A stretch of 63,986 nt of DNA, counting the filler. It is 5 parts of 5 records of this genome, joined end to end, with 100 filler letters (N's around TTAATTAATTAA, not from the genome) between each part and the next. Parts side by side here need not be neighbours in the genome. Positions count along the whole stretch, not along the records: positions 10,144 to 30,538 come from SRR2962707_3590; 4 more parts are not named here. One strand, 5' to 3'. Below the pieces are notes generated by a model. That model was not told where the DNA came from and ran no database searches. It worked only from the letters and a program-made list of their open reading frames with translations. Below are positions 19,554 through 29,791 of the stretch, in pieces (the first letter of the stretch is position 1; every line of letters starts with the position of its first letter). The translations under genes were made by a program, and so were the position numbers.

Positions 19554-21074
19554 TTAGCGCCGCGGACGCACGCGCAAAGCCAGGTTTGGCTTGCCTGGTA
19601 GCTCGACGCCAAAGGCAGCGTCCGGCTTGCCGCCCCGCACGACATCGCCGTGCCGCGTCGGCACTTGTACTGGCGCCGCGACCTTCTTGGCCGGAGTGAT
19701 GGTCATGTTCCAGGTGTCGATGATATCGAGCTCGTAGTCGCCATCCTCAAGCGGCAGGCCAGTCGACCAGATCATCGGGCGGTGCGCGCCGAAGTAGAAA
19801 TAGCTGACCTCGCCGTCACGAGCCGCCGCGATGCTGCTCCAGGGATAGCCGGAGTGATAGATCTCTTCGAACGGCGTCAGGCCGTTCCTGGCATCTTCCT
19901 CGAATATCTTGCGCATGAAGGCGATGCGCTTGGGGCTCTGGCCGTGCAACACGCCGCCCTTGGCCCACCACAGCACATCGTCCTCACGGCTATAGGTTTC
20001 GCCATGACCGGCATAGCCACCCTTGAGCATGGTCAGCCAGAAGCGGTGGACCACTTCCTCGGCGGTGATATTGCCCCACGTCTGGATAATATCGCCTTCG
20101 TATTGCAGCTCGTCATTGACCAGCGGCTTGCCGAAATCGGTGCGCCAGTTGACCGTGCGCTGCACATCGGGATGCTGGATGCACACATGATCGACCCAGG
20201 GCCGGCGGTGATTGTAGAGTAGTTCCGGATTGCCCTGATGGATCGACTTGAGGTGCCGGTAGGGGGCGTTCTCCTCGATGATCTGGAAAAAGCGATCCCA
20301 CATTTCCATCGGCTTGGTGTTGAGCAGGAAGTCGTATTCATTGGCCAGCGACCACCACACATTTCGATAAGCGGCCAGCCGCGCGACCAGATATTTGAGA
20401 TAACGGTAGTCCTGCTCGGGGCTCATATCGGCATAGCCCCAGCGGTCGTAGGGATGGAATATGATGATATCGGCTTCGATGCCGAGATCTCCCAGCGCCG
20501 CCACTTGCTTTTCGAAGTGCCGGAAGGCCTCGAAAACCGGCTTGTCGAAGTCCTGCGTACCGTCGCCCCTGGCCTCGTAGACGTGCAGCTCGGGCTCATT
20601 CTCGTTGTAGGGATAATGCTTGGGGAAGACACACATGCGCATCTTGTTGAAGCCCGCCGTTTCCAGCGTCTTCAGCGTCTGAGCCTGCAACTCCTGGGTC
20701 TGGTGGGTCCACACATAGCAGGTGGTGCCGAAGGGCAGGTATGGCGTGCCATCGGCGTAGCCGAAATGGAACTTGTTGCGCACGGAAACCGGACCATGCA
20801 CGCCCTCTCGCGCGGCTGTTACCGTGAAGCTGGCGGTCTGGTCGTTGAGCGCGGCGACATCCGACTCGGTGGTCAGCGACCATTCTCCCTCGATATCGGG
20901 CATGAGCCGGACCTTGAATAGGCCCTCCCCGTCGTAAAAGCCGGGCACCCGGATCGTGCGGTTGGCATGCTTGAACACGCCCCAGAATTCGACGTCGACA
21001 TAGGGATTGCCATCCACCTTAGCGGTGATGGTGTGTTCGAAAACATCATAGCGGGCGACGGTCAGATCAGGCAC
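19554..21074 (-). CDS. DUF5060-DUF4038-DUF5605 glycoside hydrolase-like (apiosidase-like) protein, copy 1
   Basis: GNPY, GFYDG, FGTTCYVW, FNKMRMCVFPKHY, FHPYDRWG, WSLANEYD, DELQYEG, GHGETY, WWAKGG, IIDTWNMT. Confidence 0.88.
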   Translation of the reverse strand: MPDLTVARYDVFEHTITAKVDGNPYVDVEFWGVFKHANRTIRVPGFYDGEGLFKVRLMPDIEGEWSLTTESDVAALNDQTASFTVTAAREGVHGPVSVRNKFHFGYADGTPYLPFGTTCYVWTHQTQELQAQTLKTLETAGFNKMRMCVFPKHYPYNENEPELHVYEARGDGTQDFDKPVFEAFRHFEKQVAALGDLGIEADIIIFHPYDRWGYADMSPEQDYRYLKYLVARLAAYRNVWWSLANEYDFLLNTKPMEMWDRFFQIIEENAPYRHLKSIHQGNPELLYNHRRPWVDHVCIQHPDVQRTVNWRTDFGKPLVNDELQYEGDIIQTWGNITAEEVVHRFWLTMLKGGYAGHGETYSREDDVLWWAKGGVLHGQSPKRIAFMRKIFEEDARNGLTPFEEIYHSGYPWSSIAAARDGEVSYFYFGAHRPMIWSTGLPLEDGDYELDIIDTWNMTITPAKKVAAPVQVPTRHGDVVRGGKPDAAFGVELPGKPNLALRVRPRR

Positions 21075-21128
21075 GGACTTGCTCCATAAAAATTGCTGTG
21101 GCGGGCGCGGATCGTCGGCGCCGCCAGC

Positions 21129-22721
21129 TCAGTGTTCGATCCGCTTCAGCAGGATCGCGAGGTAAGGCTTGGGTTCGAAATGCAACAGGTCGCCACGCTG
21201 GACGCTGTCGGCCAGCGGCGTTTCGGTCATCTCCCAGGTATCGATCAGGGTTGCCGAGTAGCGCTCGCCTGGCGGCACGGCCACGGCATATTCGTGCGGC
21301 TGGTTCTCGCCGAGATAGCTGAGATAATAGCGATGCGGCTGACCGGCGGTCGCCCACCACGAAGTGACGCGCGGCCAGCCTTCTTCGCCGGGGGCAGCGC
21401 CGAAGAGTTGCTGAAGCTGGACGGTGTCGAGCCCACCCTGCATCTGGATGCGATAGGCAGTGGTGGACTGGATCGGATCAAGACCCTCGTCGGGGCCCTC
21501 TTCGAGAATACGGCGCAAAAAGGCGATGCGCGCAACGCTCTCGCCGACCAGCTTGCCGCCCTTGGCCCACCACAACTCTTCCTCATCATTGTAGTAGGTC
21601 TCGCCATGGGTGACATAGCCGCCATTGACGGTGCCGTCCCAGAAGCGGCGCACCAGCTTTTGGCCCGAGATATTGCCCCATAGTTCGGAGATGTCGCCTT
21701 CATAGCAGCATTCATCGATCGAGACCGGCTTGCCATACTTCTCCCGCCAGAGCGCCGCCATGTTGGCGGACGAACGCTGGATGCTCGAATGGGTGATGCG
21801 GGGGTGGTTGTGGTCGAAAAAAGCAAAGCAATTGTGATTGCTGAGCAAGTGACCATAGGGATCGTTATCGGACACGATATGGATGAACCGGTCCCAGTCA
21901 GCGGGGCTCTTATTGGGCATCAAATCGTACTCATTGGCCATCGACCACCAGACATTGGGCAGCGCCGCCAATCGTGCAGTCAGGTATCTGAGATACCGGT
22001 CGTCCTGCTCGGGCGTCATATGCGAGAAGCCCCAGCGGTCGTAAGGATGGAAGATGATGAGGTCGGCCTCGACACCGATTTCCGCGAGCTGGTTGATGCG
22101 CTCTTCCAGGTGGTGGAAATATTCGGGCTCAAACCGTTCATAGTCGAATTCCCAGCCGGCATCCTTGATCGAGCCGGGCCAGGCGCTGGACCCCTTTGTC
22201 ACCAGCGGGAAGGGATACCGATCGGGCTCGTTCTGGTTGTAGCGATAGTGCTTGGGGAACACGCACATGCGGATCTTGGTGAAGGGGGCCTCGGCCAATG
22301 TCGCCAGCGTCTGCTCTTCGGTAGCATCACCCTGATGGTTCCAGGCATAGGCGGTGGTCCCGATATTGATGTAGCGGGTGCCGTCGGCATGGCGGTAGTG
22401 GTAGCGATCCGAGACGCGTACCGGCCCGTGATATCCGTCCTTGGCGGGCGCGACCTCGAAGCTGCCCTCAGCACCGTCAAGGGCTGGCGCATTGCTGCGC
22501 GTCTCGTAGTGCCAAGTGCCAGTCGTGTCGGGAAGGAAGCGGAGCTTGTAGGTGGTTCCGCCATCGTAGAAACCGTTGACACGGACTTCCCTGTCACCCT
22601 GGCGGAAGACTGCCCGCAGGTCGACGTCCTGAAACGGATTGCCCTCGCCTGGGCCCTCCAGTGACAATTCATAGGTCGCCCAAAGGCTCGCTGAGCCAGT
22701 GGCTGTGGCTGACTTGGTCAT
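21129..22721 (-). CDS. DUF5060-DUF4038-DUF5605 glycoside hydrolase-like (apiosidase-like) protein, copy 2
   Basis: GNPF, GFYDG, GTTAYAW, KIRMCVFPKHY, FHPYDRWG, WSMANEYD, DECCYEG, THGETY, WWAKGG, IDTWEMT. Confidence 0.88.
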   Translation of the reverse strand: MTKSATATGSASLWATYELSLEGPGEGNPFQDVDLRAVFRQGDREVRVNGFYDGGTTYKLRFLPDTTGTWHYETRSNAPALDGAEGSFEVAPAKDGYHGPVRVSDRYHYRHADGTRYINIGTTAYAWNHQGDATEEQTLATLAEAPFTKIRMCVFPKHYRYNQNEPDRYPFPLVTKGSSAWPGSIKDAGWEFDYERFEPEYFHHLEERINQLAEIGVEADLIIFHPYDRWGFSHMTPEQDDRYLRYLTARLAALPNVWWSMANEYDLMPNKSPADWDRFIHIVSDNDPYGHLLSNHNCFAFFDHNHPRITHSSIQRSSANMAALWREKYGKPVSIDECCYEGDISELWGNISGQKLVRRFWDGTVNGGYVTHGETYYNDEEELWWAKGGKLVGESVARIAFLRRILEEGPDEGLDPIQSTTAYRIQMQGGLDTVQLQQLFGAAPGEEGWPRVTSWWATAGQPHRYYLSYLGENQPHEYAVAVPPGERYSATLIDTWEMTETPLADSVQRGDLLHFEPKPYLAILLKRIEH

Positions 22722-22742
22722 GGCAATTTCCAATTGATGCGG

Positions 22743-23567
22743 CTAGCCGGCGGCGCGCAGACGCGGCCTCCAGCGGCTGGTCGTGGTGGGAATGGAGCTG
22801 AGCAGGAGCTGGGTGTAATCGTGCTGCGGGTTCGACATGACTTCGCGCGCCTTGCCGAACTCGACCACGCGGCCCTTGTTCATCACCGCGATGTAGTCGG
22901 AGATGTAATAGGCCGTCGCCAGATCGTGGGTGATGTAGACAAAGCTTCGCCCCGCTTCATCCCGGAGCCGCTTGAACAGGTTGATGATGATCATGCGCCG
23001 CGAGGCGTCGATCATGCTGACCGGCTCGTCGGCGACAATCAGTTGCGGCTGTGGGATGAGAGCACGCGCCACCGAGATGCGTTGCAGCTCCCCGCCCGAA
23101 AACTGATTGGTATATTTGCCGCTGACCTCGCGATAATCGAGACCGACGCTGTCCAGCGCATCGGCAACCGCATCTTCGGCTTCCTTCTCCCCCATATTGG
23201 CCACCCGGCGCGCGGTCTCGTGCAGATAGCTGTCGACCGGCCGATAGCGGCTGAAGGCTTCGAACGGGTTCTGGAAGATGGGCTGGACCGTGCTCAGAAA
23301 TTCCTTCCGCGACGAGATGGAGCCCACGCCAACAACCGGCCGATCATAGACAATCGCGCGTCCCGAGGTCGGCGTTTCGAGCCGCAGCAGGGTCTTTGCC
23401 AGCGTGGTCTTGCCGCTGCCCGATTCCCCAACAACGGCGATCACGACGGGTTTGTCGCTTTCCACGGTGATGTTGACGTCGTTGAGCGCCTGGATCTTGC
23501 GGGAGCGCACGAAGCTCCCCAAGCGGTATTCCTTGTTGAGGCCTTCGGTCTTGAGAATGAAGGTCAT
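22743..23567 (-). CDS. ABC transporter ATP-binding subunit (OppF/DppF type)
   Basis: GESGSGKT, IFQNP, FSGGELQR, IVADEP, ITHD. Confidence 0.95.
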   Translation of the reverse strand: MTFILKTEGLNKEYRLGSFVRSRKIQALNDVNITVESDKPVVIAVVGESGSGKTTLAKTLLRLETPTSGRAIVYDRPVVGVGSISSRKEFLSTVQPIFQNPFEAFSRYRPVDSYLHETARRVANMGEKEAEDAVADALDSVGLDYREVSGKYTNQFSGGELQRISVARALIPQPQLIVADEPVSMIDASRRMIIINLFKRLRDEAGRSFVYITHDLATAYYISDYIAVMNKGRVVEFGKAREVMSNPQHDYTQLLLSSIPTTTSRWRPRLRAAG

Positions 23568-23569
23568 GA

Positions 23570-24490
23570 TCAGGCTCCTACGCTCTGCGTAACGGGCGCG
23601 TCCGCGGCTTGGGCAACAAAGTGCCCCGGCTTGACTTCATGCAGGACTGGCTCGACGCGATAGGCACGGTCGCCGCTGGCCCCCGCGGCGCTGGCCATCA
23701 GGCCGCGCATGCTGTCGTCGCCAATGGTGGGCAGGGAGTCGATCAGCATCTTGGTGTAGGGGTGCTGGGGATCGGAGAAGACGCTATCTGTGTCGCCGTA
23801 TTCGACCACGCGACCGGCATACATGATGAGCATCTTGTGGGTGACCTGATAGTGGACACCCATATCGTGCGAGACCACCAGGATGGTGTTCTTCATCTCC
23901 TCCTGGAGCTCCATGAGCAGCATGAGGATGTCCTTTTGCACCACGACGTCGAGTGCCGTGGTCGGCTCATCGGCAATAATCAGTTCCGGCTGAAAGAAAG
24001 TCGCCAGCCCAATCATCATGCGCTGCCGCATGCCGCCGGATAGCTGATGGGGATAGGAATCCATGGCTTCAGGAGGCAATCCCAGCTTGCCCATATAGGC
24101 CCGGGCGCGTTCGAGAACGCGCTTCTTGTTGCTGTCGGTCCCAGGGAAGTCGATGAACTGTTCCCGAATACGGATAACCGGGTTGAGCGAGTTCATCGAG
24201 CTCTGCGGAACGTATGAAATGGATTTGAACCATTCTTCGCGAATGTTCTGGGCGGTGACCTGACGGCCTTTCGCGCTCTTCAGCCCATAGGTGATCGAGC
24301 CGCGCGACAAATGCATGGGCGAGGTGATGTCGCCGTAGATGGCCTTCATCAGGGTCGACTTTCCGCAGCCGGACTCCCCGGCAATGCCGACAATGCACCC
24401 ATCGGGAATATCCAGGGTCACGCCATCCACGGCATGAATGGTTCGCGTTCCAAGGCGATAGCTGACCTGGAGGTCCTTGATGCTGATCAT
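23570..24490 (-). CDS. ABC transporter ATP-binding subunit (OppD/DppD type)
   Basis: GESGCGKS, YPHQLSGGMRQR, IADEPTTALD, VSHD, HPYT. Confidence 0.95.
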   Translation of the reverse strand: MISIKDLQVSYRLGTRTIHAVDGVTLDIPDGCIVGIAGESGCGKSTLMKAIYGDITSPMHLSRGSITYGLKSAKGRQVTAQNIREEWFKSISYVPQSSMNSLNPVIRIREQFIDFPGTDSNKKRVLERARAYMGKLGLPPEAMDSYPHQLSGGMRQRMMIGLATFFQPELIIADEPTTALDVVVQKDILMLLMELQEEMKNTILVVSHDMGVHYQVTHKMLIMYAGRVVEYGDTDSVFSDPQHPYTKMLIDSLPTIGDDSMRGLMASAAGASGDRAYRVEPVLHEVKPGHFVAQAADAPVTQSVGA

Positions 24491-25398
24491 TGGACACCGC
24501 GCCTTTCAGCAAATGCGGCGTTGAAGCCGGTAGAAGTCAGGAAAAGTCCGAGAAACAGCGTCACGGAGGCGATGATGGGGGCGACCAGCCAGAGGAAATG
24601 CCCGGTGAACAGCGCGTTGTAGTTGAGCGCCCAGAAGATGATTGACCCCAGCGTCGGCACTTCCACCTTGGACAGGCCGATGACCGCCAGGGTGGCTTCC
24701 AGATTGATGGCGAACAGGATGGTGTTGATGAAGCCCACCAGCGTATAGGCCATCACATAGGGGAACACCTCGCGGATGATGACCTGGGCGGTGTTGGCAC
24801 CGGAGAACCGGGCCATGTTGATGAACTCACGCTCGCGTATCGAGAGCGCCATGGAGCGTACCGTGCGCGCATCCCAGGCCCAGCCGAAAATGATGATGAT
24901 GAAGCCCACGGTAAAGAACGAGGTATTTCCCCGGATCAGCGACCCCAGGATGATGAGGATCGGCAACAGCGGGATGGTGATGAACGTGTCGACGATCAGC
25001 ATGACCAGTCGTTCGAAGCGCCCGCCAATATAGCCCGCGCTGAGACCGACCGTGGTTGCGACGATGGTGACGCCGACAGCCACCAGAACCCCCAGCATCA
25101 GCGAATTGCGTATGGCAAAGACCAGGAACCAGAAGATATCCTGACCCAGGGCATTGGTACCCAGCCAGTGGGCGCCCGAAGCTGGCAAGTTGCGCATGTA
25201 GGTGGCCTGCACGGACGGATCAGCCGGCGCGAAGAGCGGCAGGATAAAGCTGCCCAGACCCATGACCGTCAGGATGGTAAGGCCAACCGCCAGGCGCGGA
25301 TTGATGAGCCAGAGGAATGACTTGAATAGGCCGGGCTCTGCCGCTTGCGGCGTTTCGACCAGGGCGACCGGGTCCATTTTTTTGCTGTCTATGGTCAT
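24487..25398 (-). CDS. ABC transporter permease (OppC type)
   Basis: HWLGTNALGQDIF, EFINMARFSGA EAA-loop, several TM helices. Confidence 0.93.
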   Translation of the reverse strand: MTIDSKKMDPVALVETPQAAEPGLFKSFLWLINPRLAVGLTILTVMGLGSFILPLFAPADPSVQATYMRNLPASGAHWLGTNALGQDIFWFLVFAIRNSLMLGVLVAVGVTIVATTVGLSAGYIGGRFERLVMLIVDTFITIPLLPILIILGSLIRGNTSFFTVGFIIIIFGWAWDARTVRSMALSIREREFINMARFSGANTAQVIIREVFPYVMAYTLVGFINTILFAINLEATLAVIGLSKVEVPTLGSIIFWALNYNALFTGHFLWLVAPIIASVTLFLGLFLTSTGFNAAFAERRGVQ

Positions 25399-26396
25399 TT
25401 GTGGCGGATCCGAGGGTCGAGAAGTGGATAGAGCAGGTCGATCACCAGCCCGGCGGTGGCCACGGCAATGATCGAGATGGTGATGGCGCCATAGAGCACG
25501 TTGTAGTCACCACCGGTCGCCGCCGCGCGCATGACAAGGCCAATGCCGGGATAGGAGAAGATCATCTCGGTCAGCAGGGCGCCGTTGAAGACCATGCCCA
25601 GCGAGAGCGCCAGAGCGGTCACTTGCGGCAGCAGGGCGTTGCGGAACACGTAACGCGTCATCCGCGTCCAGTTGCTCGCGCCCTTCAGCCGGGCATAGAT
25701 GACATAGGGTTCCTCGGTGGTGGCGACGGCCAGCGCCTTCATCGAGAGGATGTTCCAGCCAAAGCCTGCCAGGACCAGCGTGATGCCGGGAAGAAGCGAG
25801 TTGTAGATGATCATCCCGACTTTCTCCCAGCTCATCTGACCGACCGGGAAAGTCGCCGATAGCGGAAAGACCGGAAAGACGTAGGCGAGCAGCAGCAACA
25901 CCGTGACCGCCAGGATATAATAGGGTATGGGATAGAGCAGGATGCCGACGAATTCGAGGATCGAGGCGGCCTTTTTCTTGTGAAAGTAGCCGGCAACCAG
26001 GCCCACCAGATTACCCAGCGTCCAGGCGATAACGGTGGCGGTCAGCAGCAGGCTCAGGGTCCAGGGCAGGGCCGCCATGAGCATCTGTGACACGGGCTGG
26101 GGGAAATAGGTAAAGGATGGCCCGAAGTCGAAGCTGAAGACGATGCGCTTCATGTAGTCGACATACTGAGTGAAGAGATTACCTTTGAGGCCGTAGAGGT
26201 TCTCCAGATTGTCCCGGAGCTCCGCAATGGCCTCGGCGCTCAAGGCACCATTCGCCCGGCTTTGAATCTGTCCGATATAGCCGTCCACGGGATTGATCGG
26301 CATCAGCCGCGGCAGCAGGAAGGTGATGGACAAGCCAATGAACAGGACGGCCAGATAGAGGCCGAACCGCTTGGCGATGTAGACGAGTGCACCCAT
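25395..26396 (-). CDS. ABC transporter permease (OppB type)
   Basis: LPRLMPINP, FDFGPS, LPWTL, YVIYARLKG, RNALLP, FSYPGIG, LDPRI. Confidence 0.93.
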   Translation of the reverse strand: MGALVYIAKRFGLYLAVLFIGLSITFLLPRLMPINPVDGYIGQIQSRANGALSAEAIAELRDNLENLYGLKGNLFTQYVDYMKRIVFSFDFGPSFTYFPQPVSQMLMAALPWTLSLLLTATVIAWTLGNLVGLVAGYFHKKKAASILEFVGILLYPIPYYILAVTVLLLLAYVFPVFPLSATFPVGQMSWEKVGMIIYNSLLPGITLVLAGFGWNILSMKALAVATTEEPYVIYARLKGASNWTRMTRYVFRNALLPQVTALALSLGMVFNGALLTEMIFSYPGIGLVMRAAATGGDYNVLYGAITISIIAVATAGLVIDLLYPLLDPRIRHK

Positions 26397-26421
26397 CAGG
26401 GAGTCCTTTTGCGATAGAGTG

Positions 26422-26450
26422 TGGGGCGGCCCTGAGGAATGGCCGCCCCA
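26422..26450 (-). terminator. GC-rich stem-loop after the solute-binding gene (mRNA stabiliser or partial terminator)
   Basis: TGGGGCGGCC-N9-GGCCGCCCCA, a 10-bp perfect inverted repeat between the SBP and permease genes. Confidence 0.65.
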
Positions 26451-26468
26451 TCCGGTCGTGTCAGGAGG

Positions 26469-28373
26469 TCACTGGCCGGTAGGCTCGACGTTGGTGACGG
26501 TCTTCTTGAACGAGCTCCACCAGGTGTAGGGCGCAGCGTAGAAGTTGTCCTGCTTGGGGAAGTTCGTCCAATAGGTGCTATTGGTCGGGATGGTCGTCGG
26601 GATGTTCATGAGATTGATCATCTGCATGTCTTCCGTCAGATACTTGGCGATCTGCCGACCATTTTCGACAAACTCCTCCGTGCCGATCTCGAGGCTGGCG
26701 CTTTCGGACACGATGTCGAAGATGCGTTCATCCACGATGCGGGCATAATTCTGCACGAGGGCATCGTTGGAATCCGCGGGCAGGACGTTGTCCTCGCGGA
26801 AATTGCGCCAGGAGTTCTGCCAGTTGACATTGTAGGTGCACGAGTTCGACCAGTTGATCTGCAACTCCATGCGGGCATTGGTGGTCTGGACCGTGCCAAA
26901 CTCGCCATTGTCCACCTGACGGGCATTCACGTTGAAGCCAGCCTGGCGCCAGCTGTCGGCAATCGAGAAGCCGACGCGCTGCAGGACCTTGTTCCAGTCG
27001 CCTGGAATAACGAATTCGAGCACCCAGGGCGAACCGTCCGGCAGGGTGAAGAAGCCGTCTGAACTCTTGTTCATGCCAACCGATTCAAGCATCTTGGCGG
27101 CCTGTTCGGGATCGTGCTTCCACCAACCGATACCGAAGCCTTCTTCCACAGCCTCGCCCGAGGGCAGCTGTGACTGATCGACACCTTGCGAGGCGAGCGT
27201 TTCGACCAACTCAGCACCGAAATCAGTGTTGAACGGCTTGTAGCCATCCCCAATGGTCAGCTCTTCAAGCCAGGACTCGAGCGGTTCGACATAAAGTGGA
27301 TTGGTGATCGGCGTATCAGCCAGCGGCAGTGGCGAGGCTTTGAACTGGCCGCTCATCGCCGAGATGCCGACCTGCTCGAGATCGAGCGCCAAGGCCAGGG
27401 CCCAGCGCACCTCGGGCATGTCGTAGGGCGCCTTCAGGTTGTTGATGTAGATGCCATAGGAGCAGGCATCGTTCATGTCGTGATAGGGGAAGGTCGGGGA
27501 GAAGGTTTCGATATTCGGGTTGCGCGCCTTGGCAGCCTCGATCGAGTCCGGGCTCATGAAGGTGTCGACGTCGTACTGGTTCTGCACGAAAGCCAGTGCG
27601 CGCGTCTCTTCGGTGCCAAAGTCCTTGTAGTAGACGTATTTGACGGCCGGTTCTTCATCGATATTCCAGCCGGACTGGTCCCAATCCTCGCGCAGCTCCC
27701 AGAGCTGCCAGAAGCCGTTGGGATCGAATTCCTTGATCTTGTAGGCGCCTAGTGTCACCGCAGGCGCATTCTGGAACGTCACCACCTCATCGCCCAGCGG
27801 CTCAAACACATGTTGGGGAACCCAGTTGAAGGGCATGCCCCAGGTGTAGACACCCATTCGGGTCACGAAGTCATAGACCGGGGTCGCGGTCGTCACTTCA
27901 AACGTGTGGTCGTCAACCTTCTCGTAGCTGTCGACCAAGCGCGTGATGGCGGAAACGTTGGTCAGCTTGTCGCGGTATTTGAAGGCAGTATCGAAGGTGA
28001 AGATGATGTCGTCGACATTGAAATCCTCGCCATCGCTCCACTTGATACCTTCGCGGATCTTGACGCGAAACTTGGTGTGCTCGTCGTTGAGCACTTCAGG
28101 GAAGCCGTCAGCCAGCTCGGGATAGCTTTCGCCGGTTGCCGTGTCCATTTCCCACAGGGCGGACCAGCCAAGCTCGCGGAAACCGCGCCAGATGGCATAC
28201 GAGTTGAGCGGGTTCTGGGCAGACGGGTTGGACGAACGTCCATCAAATGTCTGCACGATCATTGTTTCGCTGCGGGGCGTGCCGACATCAGTCATGGCCC
28301 CCTGCGCGAAAACGGTGGTTGTCATCAGCGCTGCCATCATGGGCAACATCAAAGTACGGTTGTGCCGTGCCAT
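26469..28373 (-). CDS. ABC transporter solute-binding protein, family 5 (probably oligosaccharide-binding)
   Basis: Signal peptide ending VFA-Q, GTPRSET, IREGIKWSDGEDF..DDIIFTF, EVRWALALAL; AAGGAGG RBS before ATG 28373. Confidence 0.92.
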   Translation of the reverse strand: MARHNRTLMLPMMAALMTTTVFAQGAMTDVGTPRSETMIVQTFDGRSSNPSAQNPLNSYAIWRGFRELGWSALWEMDTATGESYPELADGFPEVLNDEHTKFRVKIREGIKWSDGEDFNVDDIIFTFDTAFKYRDKLTNVSAITRLVDSYEKVDDHTFEVTTATPVYDFVTRMGVYTWGMPFNWVPQHVFEPLGDEVVTFQNAPAVTLGAYKIKEFDPNGFWQLWELREDWDQSGWNIDEEPAVKYVYYKDFGTEETRALAFVQNQYDVDTFMSPDSIEAAKARNPNIETFSPTFPYHDMNDACSYGIYINNLKAPYDMPEVRWALALALDLEQVGISAMSGQFKASPLPLADTPITNPLYVEPLESWLEELTIGDGYKPFNTDFGAELVETLASQGVDQSQLPSGEAVEEGFGIGWWKHDPEQAAKMLESVGMNKSSDGFFTLPDGSPWVLEFVIPGDWNKVLQRVGFSIADSWRQAGFNVNARQVDNGEFGTVQTTNARMELQINWSNSCTYNVNWQNSWRNFREDNVLPADSNDALVQNYARIVDERIFDIVSESASLEIGTEEFVENGRQIAKYLTEDMQMINLMNIPTTIPTNSTYWTNFPKQDNFYAAPYTWWSSFKKTVTNVEPTGQ

Positions 28374-28521
28374 GTTTTCCTCCTTTTCGGCCACCGATTG
28401 CGGCGGCCACCAATGCGGATCATTTCGGAATTTTGGGCAGCACCCTTCGAACACCGGCTCGACCAAGCCATTGTCAGTTAGGACAGTTGTGCTGCCTTTC
28501 CTCCGCACGCTCCCGCGGCTG

Positions 28522-28572
28522 ATCGCAAAATCGCTTAGTGTTATTTTCGATTTTTTGCGATTGCCTACGATT
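28522..28572. promoter_or_regulatory. Putative DeoR-family operator array upstream of the ABC operon
   Basis: CGATT at 28548, 28558 and 28568 (10-bp phasing), inverted AATCG at 28529, imperfect inverted repeat ATCGCAAAA...TTTTGCGAT. Confidence 0.55.
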
Positions 28573-28645
28573 AGGATTGCAGGCAAGCGATGTCAATGCC
28601 TCTCTGCGAAAGAGAGGGCCATAATTCAAAACTGGGGAAATCAGG

Positions 28646-29473
28646 CTAGCTGGCGATGATCACTTCGACGCCGCGGCGTTCGAACTCGGCCTTGTCACTG
28701 GCGGAAATGCCATCATCGGTGATCAAGGTATGCACCATCTCGACGCCGCCCAGGGCGGAGAAGGACACCTTGCCGATTTTGGTGGAGTCCGCCAGGAGAT
28801 ACACATGGGACGCTGCCTTGACCATCGCACGCTTGACGTAGATATCGCCAATGGACGGGTAGGTAAGGCCAACATCGAAAGAGACGCCGGCCGTCGCCAG
28901 AAAAAGTTTCTGGGCGTAGATGCCGACGAAAAACTCGACCGACTTCTCACCACTTAGCGACAGCGTCGGCGCCTTGAACTGCCCCGCCGGCATGTGCACC
29001 GTATTGGTGGGCGCCGCGCCAAGAATCAGCGCAATGTTGAGCGCATTGGTGATGATGTTGAGTTCCTGACGCGAGCGCAGATTCTCAGCAAATTGCGTGG
29101 TGGTGGACCCTGAGTCGATGATCAGGGTTTCGTTGTCCCCCACAAGGGCGGCCGCCGCCGCTCCGATCCGTTGTTTTTTCTCCATATTGTCGATGTGTTG
29201 CAGCGACATGGACTGAACCTGCTGGGGAATGGAGCGCAGAAATGCGCCGCCATGCTCGCGGGTGATGAACCCATCGGCGTCAAGCCGCTCCAGATCCTGC
29301 CGAATGGTGGCCTCGGATACGTGAAAGGCAGCGGAAAGATCACGGACCCGGGCGCTCCCCTCTTCCTGCAACCATTCCAGGATCCGCATGCGCCGCGGCT
29401 CGGCCAGCAATTGTGGCTGTCCGCCACCCTGCTCAATGGCGCGCCTCCGCTTGTTCGTCCTGACCTTTTCCAT
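28646..29473 (-). CDS. DeoR/GlpR family transcriptional regulator
   Basis: RRMRILEWL..VSEATIRQDL..L...G.ITREHGGA HTH; IDSGSTT, ITNAL, LADSTK, LITD. Confidence 0.95.
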   Translation of the reverse strand: MEKVRTNKRRRAIEQGGGQPQLLAEPRRMRILEWLQEEGSARVRDLSAAFHVSEATIRQDLERLDADGFITREHGGAFLRSIPQQVQSMSLQHIDNMEKKQRIGAAAAALVGDNETLIIDSGSTTTQFAENLRSRQELNIITNALNIALILGAAPTNTVHMPAGQFKAPTLSLSGEKSVEFFVGIYAQKLFLATAGVSFDVGLTYPSIGDIYVKRAMVKAASHVYLLADSTKIGKVSFSALGGVEMVHTLITDDGISASDKAEFERRGVEVIIAS

Positions 29474-29791
29474 CTCGCCCCCTGCCGTACCCGCCGCATT
29501 TCAGTTGTTGGGCTTTAGCATAAGCACCCTTTTAGAGCACAGCGAAAACTCCCGAAGCAGCCAACGGCCAACGCCACTCCACACAATAAAAACGCAGAAA
29601 TCAAAAGTTTTCGCTATTGCACGAAAGCGCATGGCCCTGTAGCTATCGGGAGGAGCAGACGGCCAAGGTGCATTTGGTGCACACTTGGCGGCGAGGATCC
29701 GAATACCTTCGTCGGACGAGGCGCGCTGAATATGGGCAGCGCCAACTGTTGCATCCCGCATCTGCTTGCTGATTGACGATGGGAGGCCCGG

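Noticed and set aside
28374-28586. 71-aa extension of the SBP ORF
   Set aside because: Runs through the promoter/operator region; RBS and signal peptide fix the start at 28373
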